Source: Pseudonocardiales bacterium
GTDB lineage: Bacteria; Actinomycetota; Actinomycetes; Mycobacteriales; Pseudonocardiaceae
Assembly: GCA_023252195.1 (NCBI GenBank)
Contig: JAHEXI010000008.1
Coordinates: 96,980-160,979 of the forward strand
Reading direction: 5' to 3'
DNA: 64,000 bases
Shown here: positions 51,476-60,413 of the stretch, in pieces
Layout: every line of letters begins with the position of its first letter
Numbering within the stretch: position 1 is the first letter of the stretch
Position numbers and translations under genes: made by a program
Notes under the pieces: model-generated
What the model saw: only the letters and a program-made list of their open reading frames with translations
Database searches by the model: none
What the model was told of the DNA's origin: nothing

Positions 51476-54400
51476 TCAACGGCCCAGCTGAGAGATCTCG
51501 GCGGTTTGACCCCCACTGCGTAGCGGTCCTGGAGACCACCAGCCGCTTCGCACGGCGGTGCCGGTCTGCAGCACAGGTGCCTCAGCGTCGGGTACTCGCG
51601 GCTGGATCACCATGAGCTTGCCCCAGTCGGTGTCCCAGTTCTCTTTGAGGTAGGTCGGCACCTCCTGCTGGGTGGCCAGGATCTGCAGCCAGCCGATCGG
51701 GCCACCCGCATCTGCCGCTGACCAGCTCTTGCTGTCGTTGGCCAGCATCTTGTCGGGGAGCAGCCGATATTGGGGTATCTCGGCGATGCCATTGCGGATC
51801 GCGAACGGGCGCACACAGGGGTGCACGAAGCCCACCGGCCAGTCCAAGAACACCGGTGGCGTCGGGGCCACCAGGTCGGTCAGCGAGCTCAGCACCGGTA
51901 CCCGGGGCGCGGAGAACGCGAGCCACCCGTCATCGGTGACGTCGGCGTCGGTGGCGACCAACCGCACGGCGTCCGCCCCGGCAGAGGCCCGACCGGCCAA
52001 TCCGAGGCGGTAGTCCCGCCATCCCGGCCCATCGGCAGTGGCGCGCCCGCCGATCTCCATGTGGTCGACGACGCGGAAGCCGCGGTCGGTGCGGCGGGCG
52101 AACTCGGCGACCAGCGGTGTGGTGGCTGACAGTCGACCCGCGACGGAGACCACCACCGGCGCGGTGCCTTGGCGGGCCGCGGCGGGCAGGGCGTACCAGG
52201 TGGAGCGCAGGATGCCGGTGCCGGGAGTGTCGGGGGAGAAGCTGCTCCAGATCGGGATCTCGGGACCACCGAGCCCGATCGGCGGTTTGTCAACGGGGTT
52301 GCTCCCGTCGTCGCCCGGCTTGGGTATGCGGTCGCCCCTGGCACCCTGATTGTCCGCCCGGTCGTTGGTCCCGGAGCCGGTGAGCTGGGAGGGCGGACTG
52401 GTTGGCAGTGCCTGCTCTAGCGGGGACCGGTTGGTTTCGAAGCCGCGTTGCAGCGGGATGTCGGCGAGCAGCGTTGTGCGCAACGGGCGCAGCGCACCGG
52501 CACGCCGGTCAGCCTCGACCAACACCGCATCGGTGAGGTTGCAACTGTGCCCGGTTATCTCAGCGAAGTTGGCTGCGCCCATGCTGTAGCCGTGGCGCTG
52601 CTTGACTATCGCCTTGGCCATGGCGCCGACCTCGGCGAGCACCAGCAGGCCGCAGAACACCGCCAGCGGGGCTGACCCGATCAGCAGGGCGCGGCGCCGC
52701 CCATTGCGCCGTTGCGGCTGTGGTGGCCCAGGTGGCGGCACAGCGCCCGGCTCGTGCCGCAATCCCTCGATCACCGCGATCAGGCCAGCCAGCACGGCGC
52801 CCACGATCAGCAGCGTGCTGGCTTGGATGCCATGCACCGAGGGGGGCTTGTCGTACCAGGGCACCCCGTACTGCGATACGTACCACGGTGCGTTGGGTCC
52901 GGTCGCCGACATCGCCAGGATCACCAGCAGGCCCGACAGGAACCACCACCGGTTGCGCGCTGAGCGCAGCACGCTGGAGCTGGCGGTCAGCGCGGTCAGC
53001 GCGGCCAGCGCGGCACCGATCGAGGCGAACGCCCCGAAGTGGTGCGTCCACTTCGTCGGGGTCAACGCCAGCAGCACCAGCGACGCTCCCGCGGTGCCGA
53101 TCAGCCGGCGGCTCGGGCCCAGGCCGGCGCCCGGGATGCGGCCCCGGCGCAACAGCACCACCCCGGTAGTGCCCAGGCACAGCAGCAACAGCAGGACCGG
53201 GAAGCGACGGGCCAAGGCACCGTCGGGCAGGTTGCTGAACAGCTCCTCGTAGCGCATCGGCTCCTGGAACCAGGACAGGTTGGGACCGATCTCGGTGCGG
53301 ATCCGGGAGGCTTCCAGCACCCCGGCCAGCGTCTGGTCGGCGAAGCACACCACGAGCACCAGCAGCCCGGCACCGAGGATCGGCCCAAGCACCGCGGCGC
53401 GGCCGGAAACCGTGATGTGTTGGCGCACCAGCCGCACCAGCGGCCGCAGCGACACCAGGAACGGTGCGATCGCGATGAAACCGGTCGGTGTCGCGGCGAC
53501 GGTGAACGCTGCCGCCAGTAGCGCCAACGCCAGCGGCAGCACCCGGCGGGTGGCTACCGCGCGCTCCACTCCGCACAGCGCGAGCAGCGAACCGATGGCC
53601 ACCACCGGCTCCAGGCGCAGCCCGTTGTTGTAGGGCAGCCAGAAGGCCAGGAACACCGCGGCGGCGGCCCATCCGGCGGCGGCGCTGCGGCGGACCTCCC
53701 GACCCAGTCGCGGCATCACCTCACGGCTGATCAGCATCCAGCTCACCCCGCCCATCGCGAAGGAGGGCAGCCGCAGCCACGGTGGCACCGTGCTGATCTG
53801 AGACCACAGCGCATACAGCTCGTAGGGCCAACTGAACGGTGCCTCGGGGGCGTTGAACCATCGGTAGTAGTTGCCGATGTAGCCCATCTCCGCACGAGTG
53901 CGGATCATCGTCAGGATGTAGCCGTCGTCGGAGGTGATCCCGCCGATGACCACCCAGACGGCGAGCACCGCGAGTACCGCGGCGTCCCGTCCGGTGGGTC
54001 GCCACCAGCCCGAGGGAAGTACTCGGGGAGCCCGGCGCCCGATCCGCCGGTCCAGTCGATGCATCAGGATCAGACTGACCAGCACGGCCAGTACGGCGGC
54101 CGCGATGGCAGCGAGCTTGATCGGGTGCGGGACGGATTGGAACCGGGTGTCCGCGGTGATCCGCACTGCCAGCCCACGGACCGGGTCGCGTTGGTCGATC
54201 AGGGCCGAGTAGATACCGGTCACCTGCGGCCGGACGTCCTGGTCGACCTTGACGAACCGCAGGGCGCCAGCCGACGCCGTGGTGCCCCGGGCGTCCGAGG
54301 AGACCTGGATCATGCACTGCCGCGGAGACGGCGGGATGGTGCTCAACAGGACGTTGCCCAGCGCCTGGCCCCGGCTGATCAGGGTCAACTTCCCGGCGTC

Positions 54401-54799
54401 GACCTGCAGCACCATCCCGACCGCGGCACCGTCGGTCGACCCGGGCGGGGTGGTGGCCAGCAGCGAGGCAGGCTGCGGCGACCGCGCATCCAACGAGACT
54501 GCCGCAGCGCACGGGATCGTGGCGGTCATGTTCTGCGGCTGGTAGGTGACCAGCGGCGCGTTGACCGGCGCGAGGTCTCCCGAGCGTGGCCAGGTGATCA
54601 CGGTGGTGTCCTGGATCACCGGCAGCAGCGGCACCGCAATGGCGAGCAGAGCTCCGAGCAGGCCGAAGAATGCCGCGGCGAACCCGAGTAGCCGGGAGCC
54701 GCGGTTGCGCTTGTTGCCAGTGTCGGCGGTCGGATCGGTAGCGTCGCCGCCAGTACTCGAGCGGCGGCGCGAGATCTCGATGTGCCCAGAGGTCAGCAC
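51476..54799 (-). CDS. emb: Emb arabinosyltransferase, canonical-type paralog D
   Basis: SDDGYILTM, NYYRWFNAPEAPF, NNGLRLEP, ARRFPV, TPTKWTHHFG, DWPVGFVHPC. Confidence 0.92.
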   Translation of the reverse strand: MLTSGHIEISRRRSSTGGDATDPTADTGNKRNRGSRLLGFAAAFFGLLGALLAIAVPLLPVIQDTTVITWPRSGDLAPVNAPLVTYQPQNMTATIPCAAAVSLDARSPQPASLLATTPPGSTDGAAVGMVLQVDAGKLTLISRGQALGNVLLSTIPPSPRQCMIQVSSDARGTTASAGALRFVKVDQDVRPQVTGIYSALIDQRDPVRGLAVRITADTRFQSVPHPIKLAAIAAAVLAVLVSLILMHRLDRRIGRRAPRVLPSGWWRPTGRDAAVLAVLAVWVVIGGITSDDGYILTMIRTRAEMGYIGNYYRWFNAPEAPFSWPYELYALWSQISTVPPWLRLPSFAMGGVSWMLISREVMPRLGREVRRSAAAGWAAAAVFLAFWLPYNNGLRLEPVVAIGSLLALCGVERAVATRRVLPLALALLAAAFTVAATPTGFIAIAPFLVSLRPLVRLVRQHITVSGRAAVLGPILGAGLLVLVVCFADQTLAGVLEASRIRTEIGPNLSWFQEPMRYEELFSNLPDGALARRFPVLLLLLCLGTTGVVLLRRGRIPGAGLGPSRRLIGTAGASLVLLALTPTKWTHHFGAFASIGAALAALTALTASSSVLRSARNRWWFLSGLLVILAMSATGPNAPWYVSQYGVPWYDKPPSVHGIQASTLLIVGAVLAGLIAVIEGLRHEPGAVPPPGPPQPQRRNGRRRALLIGSAPLAVFCGLLVLAEVGAMAKAIVKQRHGYSMGAANFAEITGHSCNLTDAVLVEADRRAGALRPLRTTLLADIPLQRGFETNRSPLEQALPTSPPSQLTGSGTNDRADNQGARGDRIPKPGDDGSNPVDKPPIGLGGPEIPIWSSFSPDTPGTGILRSTWYALPAAARQGTAPVVVSVAGRLSATTPLVAEFARRTDRGFRVVDHMEIGGRATADGPGWRDYRLGLAGRASAGADAVRLVATDADVTDDGWLAFSAPRVPVLSSLTDLVAPTPPVFLDWPVGFVHPCVRPFAIRNGIAEIPQYRLLPDKMLANDSKSWSAADAGGPIGWLQILATQQEVPTYLKENWDTDWGKLMVIQPRVPDAEAPVLQTGTAVRSGWWSPGPLRSGGQTAEISQLGR

Positions 54800-54890
54800 G
54801 CCAGGAGGCTAGCCCAACGGGACTAACCCCATACCCCCCGTCCCACTACATTGACCAGAACGTTACGACCCGCGCACTGTGGGCGCACCA

Positions 54891-55772
54891 TCAGTGCCGG
54901 TAGAAGCGCTCCGCGCGCCCTTGCCGAAGCAGCTTGAGCCACTGCCGGAAGGCCCGCGGGTCCCGCTTGGTGCCCAGGAAGTACAACCCGAATCGGAACA
55001 CTTCGAGCATTCCGATCCGTCGCATGCCGGGCTGCGACAGTAGGTAGCCGCGGTTGCGGTAGGTGTAGTAGCGCTTGATCTCGTCGGTGGGGTCCTGGGC
55101 GTGGAAGTGCCCACGCAGCATCGGCTTGAACTCCGCTGAGCCGTCCGGGTGCGCGTAGGAGGCCCGCAACGTCGTGCCGAAGCGCAGCCCGGAGCGGACC
55201 ACCCGGCGGTGCAGTTCCACCTCGTCGCCCCGGACGAACAGCCGGTAGTCCGGCACCCCGACGACGTCCAGCGCGTCAGCGCTGAACAGCGCGCCGTTGA
55301 AGAAGCTCGCGATGCCGGGCAGGAAGTCGGTCCCCAGTTCGCTGCGGCGGCGCTTCCAGGTCAGCCCCCGGCGCAGCGGGAACGCCAGCCGTTCCGGGTC
55401 ATCGATGTTGACCACCACCGGGGAGATCACCGCGAGGTCCCGGCGCTTGGCCTCCTCGAGCAAGGTCTGCAGGACCCGGACGTCGGCGGGGCAGCCGTCG
55501 TCGTCTGCCAGCCACACCCAGTCCGCGCCCAGGGCCAGGGCGTGCAGGATCCCCAGCGCGAACCCGCCCGCGCCACCCAGATTGCGCAGCGAGGGCAGGT
55601 ACGTCGACGGGATCGGGCAGTCCGCGACGACGTCGTGGGCCGGGTCGTCCGGGCCGTTGTCCACCACCACCAGCTGGTCCGGTGCCCGGGTCTGCGCCGC
55701 GATCACCGCCAACGACTTCCCTAGCAACTCCCGCCGGTGCCGCGTCACCACAACGGTGACCACCATGGTCAT
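54891..55772 (-). CDS. glfT1: Galactofuranosyltransferase GlfT1
   Basis: NLGGAGGF, WLADDDG, FNGALF, RGDEVE, YYTYRNRG; ATGA overlap with wzt. Confidence 0.9.
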   Translation of the reverse strand: MTMVVTVVVTRHRRELLGKSLAVIAAQTRAPDQLVVVDNGPDDPAHDVVADCPIPSTYLPSLRNLGGAGGFALGILHALALGADWVWLADDDGCPADVRVLQTLLEEAKRRDLAVISPVVVNIDDPERLAFPLRRGLTWKRRRSELGTDFLPGIASFFNGALFSADALDVVGVPDYRLFVRGDEVELHRRVVRSGLRFGTTLRASYAHPDGSAEFKPMLRGHFHAQDPTDEIKRYYTYRNRGYLLSQPGMRRIGMLEVFRFGLYFLGTKRDPRAFRQWLKLLRQGRAERFYRH

Positions 55773-56572
55773 CTGGTTGCTTCCGCGACGCGGGTGAGGG
55801 CTTCTGGGCTGAGGTTCTCGTAGGGGTCTTTGCCTTTGTAATGGGACAGCACTGCGCGCAGGTCGCCCTGTTCCCGGATCTGTCCGTGGTCGAGCCACAA
55901 CCCGGAGCTGCACAGCTCGATGAGGAACTCGTCGGAGTGTGAGGCGAACACCAGAATTCCGGATCGCTCAACCAGCGCGGTGAGCCGCTCGCGGGCCTTC
56001 TCCAAGAACGCCGCGTCCACCGCGCCGATACCCTCGTCGAGCAGCAGGATCTCCGGGTCGATGCTGGTCACAACCCCTAGCGCGAGCCGGACCCGCATGC
56101 CGGTCGAGTAGGTGCGCAGCGGCATCGACAGGTAGTCGCCCAGTTCGCTGAACTCGGCGATCTCCTCGGTGCGGGCCTCCATTTGCTTGCGGGTCATCCC
56201 CAGGAACAGCCCGCGGATGATGATGTTCTCGTAGCCGGAGATCTCCGGGTCCATGCCGACGCCCAGGTCGAACACCGGGGCGACCTTCCCGACGATCCGG
56301 GAGACGCCCATGGTCGGCTCGTAGATCCCGGACAGCAGCCGCAGCAGGGTCGACTTGCCCGCCCCATTGTGCCCGATCAGACCGACCCGGTCGCCGTGGC
56401 GCAGCGACAGGGTGATGTCCCGCAGCGCCTCGATGACCGGCACCTTGGCGTCCATCCCGATCTTGCCGCCGGCCCGTCCTACGGTGCCCAGCAAGGCCTT
56501 CTTCAACGACCGGGTCTTCGCATCGAAGATCGGGAAGTTGACGCAGGCACCGCGCACGTCGATGGAGACCAT
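55769..56572 (-). CDS. wzt: Galactan export ABC ATPase
   Basis: GHNGAGKST, YSTGM, LLLDEG. Confidence 0.92.
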   Translation of the reverse strand: MVSIDVRGACVNFPIFDAKTRSLKKALLGTVGRAGGKIGMDAKVPVIEALRDITLSLRHGDRVGLIGHNGAGKSTLLRLLSGIYEPTMGVSRIVGKVAPVFDLGVGMDPEISGYENIIIRGLFLGMTRKQMEARTEEIAEFSELGDYLSMPLRTYSTGMRVRLALGVVTSIDPEILLLDEGIGAVDAAFLEKARERLTALVERSGILVFASHSDEFLIELCSSGLWLDHGQIREQGDLRAVLSHYKGKDPYENLSPEALTRVAEATR

Positions 56573-56595
56573 GATCTTTTAACACCCAGTCCTGA

Positions 56596-57456
56596 TCATA
56601 CCCAGTAGGAGACTCGGGCCCGGTAGTTGCGCAGGATCAGTAGTGCTGCCGCCCACCCCACCACAGTGATGGCCAAGGTCACCACCCAGTGCCGGGGTTC
56701 GAACGACTGACCGATCATCGGGCGTCGCAGGATCTCGACGAAGTGCAGGAACGGGTTGAGCTCGGCCAGCCGGGCCCGCTCCGCTCCCGGACCGCCCTTG
56801 CTGATCAGATCCTGGTAGTTCCAGACGATCGGCGTCATGAAGAACATCAGGGTGACGACGCTGGTGGTCACCGGGGGGATGTCGCGGTAACGGGTCGCAA
56901 TGATCCCGATCAGGATCGCCACCCAGGCCCCGTTGAGCACGATCACCGCCAATGCCGGCAGCGCCATCAGGCTGCCCCACCCCAGGTGCGTTCGGAAAAT
57001 CACCACCAGGGCCGCCCAGACCAGCACGTTATGCCCGAAGAACAGCAGTTGTCGCCAGACCAGCCGGAACACATGCACACTCAGCGGCGCGGGCAGATGC
57101 TTGATCAGGCCCTCGTTGCGGATGAAGACCTCGGCGCCTTCGTTGATGCAGCTCGCCATGAACTGCCAGATAATCAGCCCGACGGCCAGGTAGGGCAGGA
57201 AGAACGCGATCGGTTGACCGAACAGTGCCGCATAGAGCAGCCCCATACCCAGCGCCTGGACTCCCAGGCTGATCGTGATCCACAACGGTCCGATCACCGA
57301 GCGCCGGTAACCCTGCCTGATGTCCTGCCAGCCCAGATGGCCCCACAGCCGACGTTGCTGCCAGCCGGCCCGCAGATCACCGAATGCCCGAGACCAGCTC
57401 CGGGATGACAGCGCCCGGTCCGCGGTGATCTCCGGTGCCGCTGCGGTGTACTGCAT
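56596..57456 (-). CDS. wzm: Galactan export ABC permease
   Basis: LGWQDIRQGYRRSVIGPLW, TRYRDI, FFMTPIVW, LNP; ATG 57456 with TACCCT upstream. Confidence 0.92.
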   Translation of the reverse strand: MQYTAAAPEITADRALSSRSWSRAFGDLRAGWQQRRLWGHLGWQDIRQGYRRSVIGPLWITISLGVQALGMGLLYAALFGQPIAFFLPYLAVGLIIWQFMASCINEGAEVFIRNEGLIKHLPAPLSVHVFRLVWRQLLFFGHNVLVWAALVVIFRTHLGWGSLMALPALAVIVLNGAWVAILIGIIATRYRDIPPVTTSVVTLMFFMTPIVWNYQDLISKGGPGAERARLAELNPFLHFVEILRRPMIGQSFEPRHWVVTLAITVVGWAAALLILRNYRARVSYWV

Positions 57457-57538
57457 GGTCCGCGAGGGTACCCGTGCGGTCTCCGGACCCCCGGCCTGCG
57501 GGTGCGCCAGCCGCTGCCCGCGCCCGGTCCACCAAGCT

Positions 57539-57600
57539 TCCCGAACTCCACAGCGGAGCTGTCCGACGTTGATCAAACAGCGCTGCTGTGGAGTTCGGGA
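57539..57600. repeat. Palindromic element family A, copy 5 (62 bp)
   Basis: TCCCGAACTCCACAGCGG...CTGCTGTGGAGTTCGGGA. Confidence 0.9.
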
Positions 57601-57699
57601 CACCCAGAGTTCGGGGGACGCAGGGCACGCGAGTGCGGAGGGGGGAACTTTGCGCTTGGGTACCACGGTCGTCTCGGCGTTCAGCGCGCTGACGGTCGC

Positions 57700-58122
57700 G
57701 GCACTGGGACCCGGTGTCGCCCCGGGCGGCGCCGCTGCGCAGACGACGTCGACGTTCCAGCAGCGGCGACCCACGTCACGGCGGCGGCCGTGGTCGCGGC
57801 CTCCGCGGTGGTGGAGAAGTGCCCGCGGGCGGGCGGCAACTCGCTGGTGTCTTCGGCGAACACCGCCTATCCGGCGCACCCGGATGACGTGCAGCGCTTC
57901 TGCCGGTATCTGACCGAGGTCTGTGATAGCACTACTTCGGCTGAGGTGGTCGAGGCCTACGTCCAAGGGTTGGTCCAGCTGCCGGGGTGGCTGACCGGCC
58001 TGCCCGGTGGACGGCCACGGGGCTGCTCGCTGGCGGGTGCTGGTCAGCACCGCGCCGCCGGCTTGCTTTGCTTCCCAAATCGGGCCGGTGTCCAGGAGGT
58101 CAGCGCCTCCTCGCTCTGCTAA
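57700..58122 (+). pseudogene. Remnant of an FAD-binding oxidoreductase (fumarate reductase/ketosteroid dehydrogenase-like)
   Basis: VVEKCPRAGGNSLVS..RYLTEVC..EVVEAYVQG..W resembles the N-terminus of FAD_binding_2 flavoproteins; no full ORF. Confidence 0.4.
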
Positions 58123-58164
58123 CGGGAGTGTTGAACAGCTGCTAACGGATTTTTTGGCCGGCTG

Positions 58165-59409
58165 CTAATGGGCGGGCTCCTCGTTGACGTCGAGGTCGGG
58201 TTGTTCGGCGTAGCTGAAGGTGATGGGGGCGACCTCGGTGCGCGGGTGGTACGAGGGGTCGAGCCGGACGAGGTCCCACTCGTTGATCCAGGCCCGCACG
58301 TACTGGCGCATCCGGGTGGTGCCCAGGCGTTCCAAGCCGGTCACCTCCGGGGCGTTCCAACCGAATGCCTCGGAGTGCAGGGCCTTGAGCCGCTGGTAGG
58401 CGTAGTCGAGCTCGTCGGCGTCGGGGGTGGTGAGCAGCAGCATGTCGCGCTCGATCAGACCCATGGCGGTCTGCGCCCGGGTGGCGATCTCGTCCCATTC
58501 GGCTACCTGCTTGGCGCGCAGCTTCGCCGGGACCACCTCCCGGTCGTTCTTCGCCGTGAGCACCGCGGCGTCGAAGTCGTCGGTCATGGCCAGCACGGTC
58601 GCCAGCGGCGACGCGGGGTCGTCAGTGTCGGGTTGCAGCCACTGGGCCAGCTCGGCGTAGGAGCGGCCGCGTTGCTGCAAGGTGTAGCGCCCGATCAGCT
58701 CGACCTCGTCGAACAGCAGTACCCAGCCCTCGCAGCCGGCGGTGACGAGCAGCCGGGCCAGGAAGCGGAATCGCTGACGGGCCAGCTCCCGCGCGGGCAC
58801 CGGGGCCAGCGCCGGACGTCCCAGCCCGGCGAACTTGGCGTGCCGGCGTACTTCAGCGACGGCCAGACGATCCCCGGACCAGAACCTGACGATCGCGTCG
58901 GCGAAGTTGTCCTCGCTGGCCTGCACCCGCGGGAACAGGGTCAGCGTCAAGGGAAACCACTCGTCGACCGGGGCGCCGGCGCCACCGGCCCAGCGCACCA
59001 GCTCGGCGAAGGCCACGCCGTCGGGATCCAGGCCTGCGGCTGCCTCGGCCATCGCGCCGACCGACCCGTCGGGCAACACCGCGGATTCCACCGCGGCGCG
59101 CAGCACCTTGGCCGGGTCGTGCAGCGGCGTCTCCTTGCTGACCACGATGCGGCTCACCGCGTACCCGCGGTCCAGGGCCAGGTGGGTCAGGTGTTCCAGG
59201 ACGTGGCTCTTGCCCGCGCCGAACCCGCCACCGAGCAGCAGCCCCCGTGGTCCGGAGCGGACCTGACCGATCCCGTCGATCAAGGTGGTGAACCGGTCCT
59301 CGATGTCGGACTGGCCGCTGCCCAGCGCGGTCACCGCGTCCCTGCTGGGCACCCCCGCCCGCAGGGCCTCGACCGCGCGCCGCGCGGTGAGCCGGACCGA
59401 CGTATTCAT
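58165..59409 (-). CDS. BrxD/DUF2791-like P-loop ATPase with intact Walker motifs
   Basis: VEALRAGVP, Walker A GGFGAGKSH, KETPLH, Walker B VLLFDEVE, RQYVR..I..WD. Confidence 0.82.
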   Translation of the reverse strand: MNTSVRLTARRAVEALRAGVPSRDAVTALGSGQSDIEDRFTTLIDGIGQVRSGPRGLLLGGGFGAGKSHVLEHLTHLALDRGYAVSRIVVSKETPLHDPAKVLRAAVESAVLPDGSVGAMAEAAAGLDPDGVAFAELVRWAGGAGAPVDEWFPLTLTLFPRVQASEDNFADAIVRFWSGDRLAVAEVRRHAKFAGLGRPALAPVPARELARQRFRFLARLLVTAGCEGWVLLFDEVELIGRYTLQQRGRSYAELAQWLQPDTDDPASPLATVLAMTDDFDAAVLTAKNDREVVPAKLRAKQVAEWDEIATRAQTAMGLIERDMLLLTTPDADELDYAYQRLKALHSEAFGWNAPEVTGLERLGTTRMRQYVRAWINEWDLVRLDPSYHPRTEVAPITFSYAEQPDLDVNEEPAH

Positions 59410-60413
59410 CGAACCACCTCCAGGCGGGTCTCCAGCCGGACCAGCGCGGCGAACGGGTTGGCGCGGCGGCGGTCCCGGATCTCGTCGACGACCCGCAGGT
59501 GCAGGGCGCTGTAGGCGGGCAGGCCACGGGTGTCGTCAGTGACCAGCTCAGGTGGCACCGTCACCGCGACGAACGCGCTGCGCAGGTTGTCGGTGGCATC
59601 GACGAGCTGGCGCAGCACCTCGTAGGCATCGAGCACTGCGGCCTTGCTGTAGTAGTGGCCGGCGCGCTGTTCCAGCGGGGGGCGGCGGGCAACTGCGAGC
59701 CGGCTCAGGTCGACGTCCAGTACCAGGCCCGACCCCGTGACGCGGGCCCGCCACGCCGCCAGCGACACCAGCAGCGACCGCGCGTTGTGCCGGGCGACCC
59801 GCCCGTACAGGGTTGCGGACTTCAGCATCCGCAGTGCGACCGGCTCGACCCGCAGCCAGGCCAGCACCGCATCGCGTTCGGTGTCGAGGACGTCGCCGGT
59901 GGCGAGCTCGCACTGGCACAGCCGCAATACCGCCAGCCGGAACTCCCGGTCCAGCGACGGGTCGCGCAGCAACGCGGCCTCCAGGTGCCGGCGCATGCTC
60001 CGGGCAGCCTCCGGCACGGCGACGTCGTGGTGCGCGGCGACCGTGGCCACCGCCAGCTCGTCAGGCGCGGACGGGGGCAGACCCAGCGATTCCCACCCGG
60101 CGCGCACCTGGCGTCGTGCGAGATCGCACCAGTCGACCTGGCGGGCGACGGCGGCGAAGACCTGATCGATCAGGTGCACCCGGTGATCCGCCGCGTCCAC
60201 CGCGACGCACAGGTAGCCCTCTGCGTCGGCGATGGACGCCAGGCTGCGGTGCCAGCGAACCGCAACCTCGTCGCTGCCGGCCACGACGAAGCGCACCGCG
60301 GCCCCGCCAGCGCGGACGTAGTCGCCCAGGTACTCCTTGGCCACGAATTCGGCGTACTCCTCGGGTCCCAACCCGATCCCGCCCGCAGGCAGGCCGCCAC
60401 GGATCTCGCTCAC
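59406..60413 (-). CDS. Second DUF2791/BrxD-like protein with degenerate Walker motifs
   Basis: YL...GGAAVRFVV without GKT/S, RHNARSLLVSL, YEVLRQLVD..D, GLPAYSALHLRV. Confidence 0.7.
   Translation of the reverse strand: MSEIRGGLPAGGIGLGPEEYAEFVAKEYLGDYVRAGGAAVRFVVAGSDEVAVRWHRSLASIADAEGYLCVAVDAADHRVHLIDQVFAAVARQVDWCDLARRQVRAGWESLGLPPSAPDELAVATVAAHHDVAVPEAARSMRRHLEAALLRDPSLDREFRLAVLRLCQCELATGDVLDTERDAVLAWLRVEPVALRMLKSATLYGRVARHNARSLLVSLAAWRARVTGSGLVLDVDLSRLAVARRPPLEQRAGHYYSKAAVLDAYEVLRQLVDATDNLRSAFVAVTVPPELVTDDTRGLPAYSALHLRVVDEIRDRRRANPFAALVRLETRLEVVR

Noticed and set aside
57457..58050. N-terminal extension of Wzm in the ORF track
   Set aside because: It runs through a repeat and debris; ATG 57456 with an upstream -10 box gives a normal-sized permease
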